Source: a bacterium
Lineage (GTDB): Bacteria; Patescibacteriota; Dojkabacteria; JAKAPS01; JAJZLI01
Reading direction: 5' to 3'
Length of the DNA stretch: 64,000 nucleotides
Assembly (NCBI GenBank): GCA_021810605.1
Contig: JAJZIL010000002.1
Coordinates: forward strand, 1,109-65,108
The notes under the pieces are model-generated. The model was given only the letters and a program-made list of their open reading frames with translations. It did no database searches and had not been told where the DNA came from. The position numbers and the translations under genes were made by a program. Positions within the stretch are counted from its first letter, which is position 1. The number at the start of each line of letters is the position of its first letter. Shown here piece by piece: positions 30,151-40,962 of this stretch.

Positions 30151-30615
30151 ATGAGAGGAAAAATAATACAAAAAAGAAAAATTAACCCAGATATTAAATA
30201 TGGTAGTATTAATATAGAAAAGTTTATTAATAAAATAATGATAGGTGGTAAGAAATCTATTTCTAGAGAAATAGTATATTCTGCTCTAGAAGATGCATCA
30301 AATAATTTAAAGGTTGATTCTCTTGAATTATTTAATAAAGTATTAGAAAATACTTCTCCTTCTGTTGAAGTAAGATCAAGAAGAGTAGGAGGTGCTAATT
30401 TTCAAGTTCCAATTCCTGTATCTCCTGATAGACAGGTTACTTTGGCTTTAAGATGGATAATATCTTCTGCTAGAGATAGAAAGGGAATTCCTATGAAAGA
30501 TAGATTAAGTAAGGAATTTATAGAAGCATATAATAATACTGGTGGTGCTGTAAAAAAGAAGACTGATATTGAAAAAATGGCAGAATCAAATAAAGCATTT
30601 TCATATTTAGCTTAA
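30151..30615 (+). CDS. rpsG: 30S ribosomal protein S7
   Basis: EVRSRRVGGANFQVP, MAESNKAF. Confidence 0.98.
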   Translation: MRGKIIQKRKINPDIKYGSINIEKFINKIMIGGKKSISREIVYSALEDASNNLKVDSLELFNKVLENTSPSVEVRSRRVGGANFQVPIPVSPDRQVTLALRWIISSARDRKGIPMKDRLSKEFIEAYNNTGGAVKKKTDIEKMAESNKAFSYLA

Positions 30616-30627
30616 TTAAATAATATA

Positions 30628-32685
30628 ATGGATAGTATACGAAATATAGGTATAATAGCTCATATAGATGCTGGTAAAACTACTAGTACAGAGAGAATAT
30701 TATATTATACTGGTAAAACATATAAAATAGGGGAGGTTCATGAAGGTGAAGCGGTTATGGATTGGATGGATCAAGAAAAGGAGAGAGGAATTACGATTAC
30801 TTCAGCTGCAACTACAACATTTTGGCAATTAGAAGGTAAAAAATATAGAATTAATATTATTGATACTCCTGGTCATGTAGATTTTACTGCTGAAGTAGAG
30901 AGATCTTTAAGAGTTTTAGATGGAGGAGTTGTTGTTTTCGATGGAAAAATGGGAGTTGAACCTCAATCAGAAACTGTATGGAGACAAGCAGATAAATATA
31001 ATGTACCTAGAATATGTTTTATTAATAAATTAGATGGTATAGGTGCAGATTTTTATATGTCTTTTAATTCAATTGTAGATAGATTAGGTGCAGATATAGT
31101 TGTTATGCAATTACCTATAGGTTCTGAAAGTAATTTAAGAGGTATTATAGATTTAGTAACTCAAAAAGCTTATATATATACAAATGATTTAGGTACTGAT
31201 ATTAAGGAAGAAGATATTCCTGAAGATATGAAAGATAAGGTAAAAGAGTATAGATCTAAACTTGTAGAGAAAGCATCTGAATATGATGATGAGTTAATGG
31301 AAAAGTATTTAAATGGAGAAGATTTAAGTATAGATGATATACATAGAGGTATTAGAGCTGGTGTTATATCTGGATCTCTTTTTCCAGTTTTTGGAGGAAG
31401 TGCTTTAAAAAATAAAGGGTTTCAATTACTATTAGATGCAATAATAAGGTATCTTCCTTCTCCTGTAGATGCTGGAGATATAAAAGGTTTAAATAGTAAA
31501 GAAGAGGAAATTGATATAAAAGTTTCTCCAGATTCTCCTTTTTGTGCATTAGCATTCAAGATAATGTCTGATCCTCATGTAGGTAAATTAACTTTTTTTA
31601 GGATATATTCAGGAAAAATTAAAAAAGGATCTTTTATATATAATTCATCTAAGAATAAAGAAGAAAGAGTTTCAAGGATACTACTAATGCATGCAAATCA
31701 TAGAGAAGAAACTGATGAACTATCAGCAGGAGATATAGGTGCATTAGTTGGATTAAAAGATACTACAACTGGAGATACTTTATGTGATAGTTCTAATAAA
31801 GTTTTACTAGAGAGTATTACTTTTCCTGAACCTGTAGTTTCTATTGCAATTGAGCCTAAAACAAAAGCAGATCAAGAAAAAATGTCTTTAGCTATACATA
31901 AATTATCTGAAGAAGATCCTACATTCCAAATGAAATCAGACTTAGAAACAGGTCAAACTATTATTTCTGGAATGGGAGAATTACACCTAGATATATTAGT
32001 AGATAGAATGAAAAGAGAGTTTGCAGTAGAGGCTAATATTGGTGCTCCTCAAGTAGCATATAGAGAAAGTATAACGAAAGAATCTAGTGCTGAGGGTAAA
32101 TATATAAAACAATCAGGGGGAAGAGGACAATATGGGCATTGTTATTTAAGAATAAAACCTAGACAGAGAGGAGAAGGATTTGAATTCATAAATGAGATCA
32201 AAGGAGGATCTATTCCTCAAGAATATATTCCTGCTATTGAAAAAGGAATAATTGAGACTATGACAGCAGGAGTTATAGCTGGTTATCCTGTAGTTGATAT
32301 ATCTGCAACATTATATGATGGATCATTTCATGAGGTTGATTCTTCAGAAATGGCATTTAAAATTGCTGCATCAATGGCTTTTAAAGATGCAATGAGAGCT
32401 GCAGCTCCTATTTTACTTGAACCTATAATGAAAGTAGAAGTCGTTACTCCAGAAGAATTTATGGGAACCATAACTGGTAATTTAACAAGTAAAAGAGGTC
32501 TAATGATAGGAACAGGATTAAGAGGAAATGCTAGAGTGATTAATATAGAAGTTCCTCTTGCAAATATGTTTGGTTTTACTACAGAATTAAGATCTATGTC
32601 ATCTGGAAGAGCTTCTTCTACGATGGAATTCGAAAAATATGAAGTAGTTCCTAAAAATATTGTTGACGAGATAGCAAAAAAATAA
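30628..32685 (+). CDS. fusA: elongation factor G
   Basis: [42 protein letters not shown]. Confidence 0.99.
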   Translation: MDSIRNIGIIAHIDAGKTTSTERILYYTGKTYKIGEVHEGEAVMDWMDQEKERGITITSAATTTFWQLEGKKYRINIIDTPGHVDFTAEVERSLRVLDGGVVVFDGKMGVEPQSETVWRQADKYNVPRICFINKLDGIGADFYMSFNSIVDRLGADIVVMQLPIGSESNLRGIIDLVTQKAYIYTNDLGTDIKEEDIPEDMKDKVKEYRSKLVEKASEYDDELMEKYLNGEDLSIDDIHRGIRAGVISGSLFPVFGGSALKNKGFQLLLDAIIRYLPSPVDAGDIKGLNSKEEEIDIKVSPDSPFCALAFKIMSDPHVGKLTFFRIYSGKIKKGSFIYNSSKNKEERVSRILLMHANHREETDELSAGDIGALVGLKDTTTGDTLCDSSNKVLLESITFPEPVVSIAIEPKTKADQEKMSLAIHKLSEEDPTFQMKSDLETGQTIISGMGELHLDILVDRMKREFAVEANIGAPQVAYRESITKESSAEGKYIKQSGGRGQYGHCYLRIKPRQRGEGFEFINEIKGGSIPQEYIPAIEKGIIETMTAGVIAGYPVVDISATLYDGSFHEVDSSEMAFKIAASMAFKDAMRAAAPILLEPIMKVEVVTPEEFMGTITGNLTSKRGLMIGTGLRGNARVINIEVPLANMFGFTTELRSMSSGRASSTMEFEKYEVVPKNIVDEIAKK

Positions 32686-32817
32686 TTTGCAAATAATATA
32701 TTATTTATTAGTACTGTATTTTGAATTCAGTATGACTTTAATAAATTCCTGTTTGTGTTATTGTGTGTTTATATTTATTTAATAAAGTTTTTAATGTTAT
32801 AATATAAATATAATTAT

Positions 32818-32901
32818 GCCGGGATGGCGGAACTGGTAGACGCACAGGACTCAAAATCCTGCGAGAACTTTCTCATGAGGGTCCGAGTCCCTCTCTCGGT
32901 A
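32818..32901 (+). tRNA. tRNA-Leu(CAA)
   Basis: GCCGGGA/TCTCGGT acceptor stem, D-arm GGCGGAACTGGTAGACGC, anticodon arm CAGGA-CTCAAAA-TCCTG, long variable arm, T-arm GAGGG-TCCGAGT-CCCTC; CCA not encoded; TGtTATAAT at 32795. Confidence 0.93.
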
Positions 32902-32924
32902 ATTACTTTAATATGGGATAAATT

Positions 32925-33473
32925 ATGTCAACATTAAACTCAGGACAATTAAGAGCAGGTGTAGTATTTAAAGATGGAAATGAAAATTTCCTAGTTTTAA
33001 AATATGAACATGTAACTCAAGGTAGGGGAGGTACTACTATTAAATTGAAGGTTAAAAATATATTGAATGGTGCAATCGTAGAGAAGGGATATAATGTAAA
33101 TGATAAATTTGAAAGTGTAGATGTGAGTAAATCCTCAGCTCAGTTTCTTTATTCTGAATCTGGTACTTGCTATTTTATGGATTCTGCAACCTTTAATCAA
33201 TTTCAGTTGGATTTTGAAAATAAATATCTTTCTCCAGGAGAAAAAATAATAGTTACTTATTTAGAAGATAGACCTATTGATATTGAGATTCCTAATATTG
33301 TTACACTTAAAGTAGAGTATACTGAATCTTCAAGTAAAGGGAATACAGTGAATAATGCCTTAAAGAATGCTAGATTAGAAACAGGTTTAGAGATTAAAGT
33401 CCCTATGTTTGTAAATATAGGAGATTCTATTAAAATTAATACTCAAAGTGAAGAATATGTTGGAAGAGCTTGA
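32925..33473 (+). CDS. efp: elongation factor P
   Basis: HVTQGRGG loop, AQFLY, KGNT, LETGLEIKVPMFV..GD.IKINT...YVGR. Confidence 0.95.
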   Translation: MSTLNSGQLRAGVVFKDGNENFLVLKYEHVTQGRGGTTIKLKVKNILNGAIVEKGYNVNDKFESVDVSKSSAQFLYSESGTCYFMDSATFNQFQLDFENKYLSPGEKIIVTYLEDRPIDIEIPNIVTLKVEYTESSSKGNTVNNALKNARLETGLEIKVPMFVNIGDSIKINTQSEEYVGRA

Positions 33474-34746
33474 TGTAAAAACATATGAATTTGAAAATGA
33501 TATAAGGCTTATTACTGTAGATGTAAAGGATTCTTTATTTATATCAATAGATATATTTGTTAATGCAGGGAATAGAGATGAAGAGAGAGGAGAATCTGGT
33601 ATAGCTCATTTTCTTGAACATATAATGTTTTCAGGAACTAAGAAAAGGAAAGATAATAGAGAAATTAGTTTTGAAGTAGAGACAATTGGTGGATATTTTA
33701 ATGCGAGTACATCAGATGAATACACTATATATTATGTTAAAGTTCCATATGAAAATTTTATAAAAGCTCTTGATATAATTTCTGATATGTTTCTTAATTC
33801 TACATTTGAGAAAGATTTTATTGATTTGGAAAGAGGTGTAGTTAAACAAGAATTAAACATGTATAAAGATAATCCTAGAAGACTTGTATCTGAAAATTTT
33901 TCTAAATTATTATATAAAGGTTCTAGCCTAGATAGTGATATAGATCTACAACTTAAATTACTTAAAAGTATAGACAGAACAGATCTTCTTAATTTTATAT
34001 CAAAGTATTATTTAAATAAGAATATAATAATATCTGTAGTAGGGAATATTTCTAATTATAATGTAGAAAAAGAAGTGTATTCTAAATTTAATTCTAGGAA
34101 ATCTCAAAAAAGCCTATATACAAGGGATAAAGCAAAATTTAATATTGAAGATAATAAAATAATATATGTAAAAAAAGATTTAAATCAGAGTAGCTTTATA
34201 TTAGGAATGAAAAGTTTCTCTTTATATACAGAATATTATTATGAATTATTAATTATGTCTACAATATTAGGTAGTGGGCAGGGATCTCATTTATATCAAT
34301 TTTTGAGAAATAAATTAGGAGTAGCATATTATTCGTCAGCATATAATGCTTTTTATACAGATACTGGATATTTCTCAATATCTGCAGGTGTAGAGAATGA
34401 TAATTTTTTGAAATCATTAAAATCTGTAGTTAAGTTTTTAAATGAATTTAAATCAGGGAATTTTAATCAAGAAGATATTGATAGAGCAAAAGGATATTGT
34501 ATAGGTAGTATAATATCAATATTTGAAACTGCTGATAATATTGCCGATTTTATACTTACAGAATATGCTTATTTGGGGAGAATAAGGAGTATAAAAGAAA
34601 TGAAAGAAGGAATTTTGTCTGTTAGTAAAAATGATATAATTAAGGTATTTGATTTGATTTATAAGGATTTATATTTATCTGTCGTAACAAATTCAAATTA
34701 TGATGATGCAGAATATGATAATATATTAAAAGATGCAAATTATTGA
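33457..34746 (+). CDS. M16 family zinc peptidase
   Basis: GIAHFLEHIMFSGT inverted zinc motif, NASTS, ERGVVKQE. Confidence 0.93.
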   Translation: MLEELDVKTYEFENDIRLITVDVKDSLFISIDIFVNAGNRDEERGESGIAHFLEHIMFSGTKKRKDNREISFEVETIGGYFNASTSDEYTIYYVKVPYENFIKALDIISDMFLNSTFEKDFIDLERGVVKQELNMYKDNPRRLVSENFSKLLYKGSSLDSDIDLQLKLLKSIDRTDLLNFISKYYLNKNIIISVVGNISNYNVEKEVYSKFNSRKSQKSLYTRDKAKFNIEDNKIIYVKKDLNQSSFILGMKSFSLYTEYYYELLIMSTILGSGQGSHLYQFLRNKLGVAYYSSAYNAFYTDTGYFSISAGVENDNFLKSLKSVVKFLNEFKSGNFNQEDIDRAKGYCIGSIISIFETADNIADFILTEYAYLGRIRSIKEMKEGILSVSKNDIIKVFDLIYKDLYLSVVTNSNYDDAEYDNILKDANY

Positions 34747-35302
34747 TATTTTAATATATATTGTTCTTATTTTAGTAGCCTCATTTATATTATGGATACT
34801 ATTTACTAGAAAAAGAGTCTTTTCTAATAATGATTTTTGGGATTTTATATTTTTGCTTTTAATCTTTTCTGTTATTGGATATTACATTCTTTCATATGAA
34901 GGGATGATAGTCTCCAATATATTAGCTACATTAATATTTTTCAAATTAAAAACATATTCATATAAGGATATTTTTGATTTTTTTGCTATATTTAGTGCTA
35001 TATTATTAATTACAGAATTCATCTTTCATTTGGATATATATCTTCTTTTAATTATACTTCTTATAATATTAATTATACTTTTAAGAGTAGTAAAAAGAGG
35101 CTATAGTGTTATCCTTTTTCTATTTATATATTCAATAATATACTATTTTGATAGAAATTTATGGATGTTTTCAAATAATTATATATATAATCTAGATTTA
35201 GATGCAATTATATTACTCAGTTCATTGTTATTCTTATTTATTGGTATTTTTTTTAAAGAAGGTAAATATACTTATGATAATATTTTAAAAAGAAAAGTTT
35301 AA
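34733..35302 (+). CDS. multi-pass membrane hypothetical protein
   Basis: 189-aa ORF with about 6 hydrophobic segments, translationally coupled to the M16 gene. Confidence 0.7.
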   Translation: MQIIDILIYIVLILVASFILWILFTRKRVFSNNDFWDFIFLLLIFSVIGYYILSYEGMIVSNILATLIFFKLKTYSYKDIFDFFAIFSAILLITEFIFHLDIYLLLIILLIILIILLRVVKRGYSVILFLFIYSIIYYFDRNLWMFSNNYIYNLDLDAIILLSSLLFLFIGIFFKEGKYTYDNILKRKV

Positions 35303-35403
35303 AAGTCTAATTGAGTTAATATAACAAGGTAAATTCTATTTTTATTTCAATTTTAATATTTTGTGCTATAATGAAGTTCAAAAAATTTTATTAAACAAAA
35401 AAT

Positions 35404-35745
35404 ATGAATATAAATCAAATTAAAGATCAGTTAGAAGAGGAGAGAACAAAAATTCTTTTGGAGATATCTAACTTAGATACTTCAGTAAAGTCATTTCCAG
35501 ATGCAGATATTGCAGAGGAATTTGAAGGTGCAGATGTAATGAATAACAAAATTGAGAGATTTAAGATGAGGGATGAGTTAGAAGAAGTTTTAAAAGATAT
35601 AGATATAACATTAGGAAAGATAAAGAAGAATAAATATGGATTATGTGAGAATTGTAAATTAAATATTGAGCCAAAAAGATTAGAAATGTATCCTTTTGCA
35701 AAATATTGTACTAAATGTATGGATAACTTTGAAAATGAAAAATGA
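35404..35745 (+). CDS. TraR/DksA C4-type zinc finger protein
   Basis: Coiled coil followed by YGLCENC...I...RL...P.A.YC..C; TGcTATAAT upstream. Confidence 0.9.
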   Translation: MNINQIKDQLEEERTKILLEISNLDTSVKSFPDADIAEEFEGADVMNNKIERFKMRDELEEVLKDIDITLGKIKKNKYGLCENCKLNIEPKRLEMYPFAKYCTKCMDNFENEK

Positions 35746-36676
35746 AGACACTATTGAGATTATATCAGATTATTCTACTCGATTAGACATATATTTGTCA
35801 GACACCCAAAAATTATCTAGAAATCATTTTAGAAAACTTATTAAAGATGGATTTGTTACAGTTAATGATAAATTGGTAAGGAAAACTAAATTTAAGATTA
35901 ATGTTGGAGATAAAATAGTTTATAGAGAATTTAAATATATAGAAGATCTCTCAGATATAGTTCCTCAAAGGATGAAAATAAATATAATATATGAAGATGA
36001 TAATATAATAGTTGTGAATAAGCCAGAAGGTTTAGTAGTACATCCGGCTGCGGGTAACCAAAGAAATACCCTTTTGAATGGAATAATATTTAAAATGAAA
36101 TTTGAAAAAATTTTAAATGAAAGACCAGGTGTAGTACATAGGTTAGATAAGAATACATCAGGGGTAATAATATTTGCGAAAAATGAATATACTCTTAATT
36201 TTTTAATAAATCAATTTAAATCTAGAGAAGTTGAAAAAAAATATATAGTTTTAGTTAAAGGTATAGTAAGTATTAAGAATAGTAAATTAACAAAGATAGA
36301 TAGTAAAAATTTTTATATTCAGGGTAATTTGAAAAGAAGTAAATATAATAGAAAATTATTTACTTTTTCTGAGGAAGGAAAAGAAGCAATTACTTATTTT
36401 AAAATAATAAAATATATCAATAAGGAATTCACATTACTTGAAGCATACCCTAAGACAGGAAGAACACATCAGATTAGAGTTTCATTAGCATATATAGATC
36501 ATCCCGTTGTTGGAGACAGTGCATACTCAAGAAAATCAATCTCTTATCCTCATATGTTTTTACATTCATATTCTCTTAAAATAGTTATTCCTGATAAGGG
36601 GGAGAGAGAATTTAAAGCACAATTACCAAATTTTTGGAAAAATATTCCAGGAGTATATACTTTGTATAAGGGGTAG
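35735..36676 (+). CDS. RluA/RluD family pseudouridine synthase
   Basis: S4 domain RLD, VNKPEGLVVHP, VHRLDKNTSG, TGRTHQIRV. Confidence 0.93.
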   Translation: MKNEDTIEIISDYSTRLDIYLSDTQKLSRNHFRKLIKDGFVTVNDKLVRKTKFKINVGDKIVYREFKYIEDLSDIVPQRMKINIIYEDDNIIVVNKPEGLVVHPAAGNQRNTLLNGIIFKMKFEKILNERPGVVHRLDKNTSGVIIFAKNEYTLNFLINQFKSREVEKKYIVLVKGIVSIKNSKLTKIDSKNFYIQGNLKRSKYNRKLFTFSEEGKEAITYFKIIKYINKEFTLLEAYPKTGRTHQIRVSLAYIDHPVVGDSAYSRKSISYPHMFLHSYSLKIVIPDKGEREFKAQLPNFWKNIPGVYTLYKG

Positions 36677-36679
36677 TAT

Positions 36680-36979
36680 ATGTCTGATAAGTTTATTAAG
36701 ATTAATGAGAGCTTCAAATGTGTATATTGTGGGATTTTTAATGAAAGAGATACACATGGATCATGTAGAAATCATTGTACAGAATGCCTATACTCACTTC
36801 ATGTAGATATATATCCAGGAGATAGAAGAGAAAAGTGTAATGGTATTATGAAACCAATACAAATAGAAAGTATTGGAGGTAAAAATATAATATATCATAA
36901 ATGTCTAGTTTGTAATAAAATAAAGAAAAATAAGTCATCTATAGATGATAACTTATTAAATTTTTATGAAGCCTATTAA
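36680..36979 (+). CDS. RNHCP domain protein
   Basis: F.C..CG, RNHCTECLYSLHVD..PGDR...C.G.M.P, H.C..C. Confidence 0.88.
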   Translation: MSDKFIKINESFKCVYCGIFNERDTHGSCRNHCTECLYSLHVDIYPGDRREKCNGIMKPIQIESIGGKNIIYHKCLVCNKIKKNKSSIDDNLLNFYEAY

Positions 36980-38129
36980 AAGAAGAAGAAAAACTAGTAG
37001 CAAAGTTTTAATTTTATTAATTATAATAATTGTAATATTAGGATATTTCTTTATATCTAGTATAATATTATTTAATAAAATTAGTTTTAAAAATGACCCA
37101 GGATATCAAGGTTCATATGTTAGTTGGAATAATGTTAATACAATTAATATACTTGTTTTATATAGTAATATTAATGAGAATAGCTTAAATACTTATAATG
37201 CTATATTATCAATCGATCCTAGAGGTACTGTGTCAATTTTAAATATTCCTTCAGATATTAAAATTGTTACTCCATCTGGAACATACCAAAGATTAAATAC
37301 TATTTATCCTGTTGGAAATTTAAATTCTCCGCAAATAGGAGTTAATCTAACATTAAAATATTTAAGATATAATCTTGCTATTCCTATTGAAGGATATATT
37401 TCTTTTAATTCTAGTACTATAAATAATTTAAAAACTGGAATATCAATAAATTCTTTGTATAATTTTAAATATAAAGGTGTATCAATAAATAAAGGTTATA
37501 ATAATCTTTCTCTTCAAGATATTAAGGATATAATGGGAATAAAGAATGATACTCAATTAACTTTATATATTAAAAATACTATTTTTAATAGTATACTGTC
37601 AAAATTTATTAATACTTTCTCTATAGTTAATTTTAGTAGTAGTGCAAAATCTTTAAGAGATATCTTTTATTCAAATATAGGAGAAGGTTCTTTAAATAAT
37701 ATCTTTTATAATATATATAAAGTGGGAGAGAGTAATTTTAAATTATTATATCTTCCAAATAAAGGTAATGATATAAATTTACAGAATACAGACTATTATA
37801 TTAGTACCAATTTCTTAGATTATTCTTTCTCAAATAGTGGAGTATTAATACAAATTTTGGATGCTTCTAATAGTAATAGTGCAGTGTATCAATTTAGTAG
37901 ATATATTAATAATTTAGGAGGTAATATTTCATCTATAGGTATATATAATGGGAATACACAAAAAGATATAATATATGTTAGTAATAAAAATAAATATTCA
38001 TATGATGTATCAGTATTAACACAAATTTTAGGATCAAAAAATGTTAAAATAATAAATAGTACTCCTAATTTTTTTTATACTGGGTCAATAATTGTTGTTT
38101 TAGGGACAGATGATACATATATATATTAA
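36966..38129 (+). CDS. degenerate LCP-family protein with LytR C-terminal domain
   Basis: N-terminal TM, INILVL, SILNIPSD (cf. IPRD), C-terminal IQILDAS...IIVVLG.D. Confidence 0.6.
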   Translation: MKPIKRRRKTSSKVLILLIIIIVILGYFFISSIILFNKISFKNDPGYQGSYVSWNNVNTINILVLYSNINENSLNTYNAILSIDPRGTVSILNIPSDIKIVTPSGTYQRLNTIYPVGNLNSPQIGVNLTLKYLRYNLAIPIEGYISFNSSTINNLKTGISINSLYNFKYKGVSINKGYNNLSLQDIKDIMGIKNDTQLTLYIKNTIFNSILSKFINTFSIVNFSSSAKSLRDIFYSNIGEGSLNNIFYNIYKVGESNFKLLYLPNKGNDINLQNTDYYISTNFLDYSFSNSGVLIQILDASNSNSAVYQFSRYINNLGGNISSIGIYNGNTQKDIIYVSNKNKYSYDVSVLTQILGSKNVKIINSTPNFFYTGSIIVVLGTDDTYIY

Positions 38130-38140
38130 TTAATCTAATT

Positions 38141-38920
38141 ATGTCAGGACATTCAAAGTGGTCAACAATTAAGAGAGCAAAAGAAGTTAATGATTTAAAG
38201 AAAGCTAGGTATTTTACAAAAGCTTTGAATCAAATAGTAGTTTCTGTAAAAGATGGAGGAGATAGTATAGAAAGTAATTTTATGCTTAAATTAGCAATAG
38301 ATAATGCAAAGTCTTTAAATATCCCAATAAAATCAATTGAAAATGCTATTAAAAAAGGTAAAGGAGAAGATAAAGAGTACTCAAACTTTGAAAATACTTT
38401 TTATGAAGCTTATGGTCCCGAAAATGTATCAATATTAATAGAGTGTTTTACAGATAATAAAAATAGACTTATTTCTGAGATTAGAACAGTTTTAGATAGA
38501 AATGGTGGGAAACTTCTTAATAATGGTACAATAGGATGGCAGTTCGAATTACAAGTTCTTTTTACTTTAAAAATTGAAACTGAGATAGATAGACAAAATA
38601 GAGTTAAATATGGGCATAATAATAATAAATTACATAAAATTACTGATATAGATAAATTTGAAAATAATCTTATAGATGTTGATGGTATTATTGATTACTA
38701 TATAGAGGAAAATGAATTATATATATATATACTTCCAGAAAAAATGCAAGTAATGAGAAGATTTTTAGAAGAGCAAGAAATTATTGTAGATAATATAGAG
38801 AAAACTTATATTTCAAAAGTGAAAGTAGAGATATCTGAAGAAAATTTTCAAAAATTAGATCACCTTGTAGACATGCTAAGTAGTATAGAAAATGTAGAGA
38901 ATGTTTATATTAATATATAA
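38141..38920 (+). CDS. yebC: YebC/PmpR family protein
   Basis: MSGHSKWSTIKR, YEAYGP, TDNKNR; precedes ruvC. Confidence 0.95.
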   Translation: MSGHSKWSTIKRAKEVNDLKKARYFTKALNQIVVSVKDGGDSIESNFMLKLAIDNAKSLNIPIKSIENAIKKGKGEDKEYSNFENTFYEAYGPENVSILIECFTDNKNRLISEIRTVLDRNGGKLLNNGTIGWQFELQVLFTLKIETEIDRQNRVKYGHNNNKLHKITDIDKFENNLIDVDGIIDYYIEENELYIYILPEKMQVMRRFLEEQEIIVDNIEKTYISKVKVEISEENFQKLDHLVDMLSSIENVENVYINI

Positions 38921-38925
38921 TTATT

Positions 38926-39411
38926 ATGTCTAGAAAAATATTAGGAATTGATCCTGGATTTGCTATTTTGGGGTGGGGTTTTATTGAAGGAGAAGGAATC
39001 TCTAAAGTAGATAAAGTAGAGTGGGGTGCTATTACAACTAGTCCAAAAGATACAATAGATAAAAGGTTATTAGTTATATATAATGAGCTTTCAAATATAA
39101 TTAAAATGTATGATCCAGATGAGATATCTTTAGAAAAATTATTTTTTAATACAAATTCTAAAACGGTTATATCAGTAGGGCAATCTCAAGGAATAGCATT
39201 AGTTCTAGCAGCATTAAATGAGAAACCAATTTATTTGTATACTCCACTTCAGGTAAAAAATTCTTTGACAGGCTATGGTGTATCAAATAAAAAACAAATA
39301 CAAAGTATGTTAAAATTAGTATTGAAGTTAGATGAAATTCCAAAACCTGATGATGCAGCTGATGGAATTGCATTAGCTTTATGTCATTTGCAAACAAATA
39401 AATATATATGA
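38926..39411 (+). CDS. ruvC: Holliday junction resolvase RuvC
   Basis: ILGIDPG, EKLFF, YTPLQVK, PDDAADGIALA. Confidence 0.96.
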   Translation: MSRKILGIDPGFAILGWGFIEGEGISKVDKVEWGAITTSPKDTIDKRLLVIYNELSNIIKMYDPDEISLEKLFFNTNSKTVISVGQSQGIALVLAALNEKPIYLYTPLQVKNSLTGYGVSNKKQIQSMLKLVLKLDEIPKPDDAADGIALALCHLQTNKYI

Positions 39412-39986
39412 TAGGTTATATAAAAGGTTTTATACAATATATTGGAAAAGGTTATATCGTTATTAATGTTAATGATATTGGTTATAAAGTAGAAATTGGT
39501 GAAAGAACTATTGATTCTTTAGTGCAAAGTAGTAATATTGAACTATATATTTATCCTGAATCTTCAGAAAGAAGTTCTAGATTGTTTGGATTTCTAGATC
39601 AAAAAAGTCTAAATTTATTTGAATTATTACTTACTGTTAATGGTATTGGTCCTAAGGGTGCATTAAATATATTATCAAATTCTAATGCAGATGAATTATC
39701 AATGGCAATAGATAAAGGTGATACTAATTTCCTTGCATCTATACCATCGTTAGGGAAAAAAATGGCAGAGAGAATGATATTAGATTTGAAAGGAAAGATT
39801 GATTTAACTCAGAGTGGGAGTGTTTGGTCTTCTGTAAGAAGTGCTTTAATAAATCTAAATTATTCAAATTCAGAGGTAGATTCTATATATGATATTTTTC
39901 AAAATAAATATAGTGATATAAAAGATACTTCAGAGGCAATAAAATTAGCTATATTACTTTTAAATGATAGTAAAAAATATGAATAA
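39408..39986 (+). CDS. ruvA: Holliday junction branch migration protein RuvA
   Basis: MIGYIKG, LFGF, VNGIGPK HhH, GKKMAERMILDLK. Confidence 0.96.
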   Translation: MIGYIKGFIQYIGKGYIVINVNDIGYKVEIGERTIDSLVQSSNIELYIYPESSERSSRLFGFLDQKSLNLFELLLTVNGIGPKGALNILSNSNADELSMAIDKGDTNFLASIPSLGKKMAERMILDLKGKIDLTQSGSVWSSVRSALINLNYSNSEVDSIYDIFQNKYSDIKDTSEAIKLAILLLNDSKKYE

Positions 39987-40962
39987 AGATAACGATTTAT
40001 TTACAAATATCAGACCGCAAACATTTAATGATGTTATTGGTAGAAAAAAAGAAAAAAAGAACTTATCTATACTTATAGATGCAGCAAAATCTAGAGGTGA
40101 AGTTTTAGAGCATATTTTATTTTATGGTCCTCCTGGACTTGGAAAAACAACTCTTTCTTCAGTTATTGCAAGTGAAATGGGTGTAAATATAAAAATTACA
40201 TCTGGTCCTGCATTAACTAGAGCTGCTGATATAGCTTCAATAGTAACTAGATTGTCAAGAGGAGATATATTATTTATTGATGAAATACATAGGTTAAACA
40301 AAGTTATAGAAGAAAAATTATATTCTGCAATGGAAGATTTTGCATTAGATGTAGTAATAGGCACTGGTCCATCTGCGGATATTGTTAGAATAGATTTGAA
40401 TCCATTTACGATTATAGGTGCAACTACTAGAATAGGATTGATATCTGCACCCTTAAGGGAACGATTTGGGGCTATTGTGAGGTTAGATTATTATACACAA
40501 GAAGATATTGAAGAAATTATTCTTAGGAGTGCAAAAATTCTTAATGTAAATATAGATAATGAAGCTATTAAAGAAATAGCATCTAGAAGTAGAGGTACAG
40601 CAAGGATAGCGAATAGGTTATTAAAAAGAGTTAGAGATTATGCACAAGTCTATAATATTAACCATATAAAAAAACAGGATGCTATTAAAGCATTTGATGC
40701 TCAAAGTATAGATAAAATGGGTTTAGATGAATTAGATTTAAAAATATTAGAAGTTATAGTGATAAATTTTAATGGAGGACCTGTAGGTGTAAGTACTATT
40801 GCAGACTCTGTATCTGAAGAAATAGATACAATAGAAGATGTATGTGAACCATTTTTGATCCAATCTGGACTTATCAAAAAAACATCTAGGGGTCGGGTAG
40901 CTACAAAATTTGCTTTTGATTATTTAAAAATTCCTTATAATGAAGAACTTTCTCTTATCTAA
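39979..40962 (+). CDS. ruvB: Holliday junction DNA helicase RuvB
   Basis: GPPGLGKTT, FIDEIHR, GATTR, SRGTARIANRLL. Confidence 0.98.
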   Translation: MNKDNDLFTNIRPQTFNDVIGRKKEKKNLSILIDAAKSRGEVLEHILFYGPPGLGKTTLSSVIASEMGVNIKITSGPALTRAADIASIVTRLSRGDILFIDEIHRLNKVIEEKLYSAMEDFALDVVIGTGPSADIVRIDLNPFTIIGATTRIGLISAPLRERFGAIVRLDYYTQEDIEEIILRSAKILNVNIDNEAIKEIASRSRGTARIANRLLKRVRDYAQVYNINHIKKQDAIKAFDAQSIDKMGLDELDLKILEVIVINFNGGPVGVSTIADSVSEEIDTIEDVCEPFLIQSGLIKKTSRGRVATKFAFDYLKIPYNEELSLI

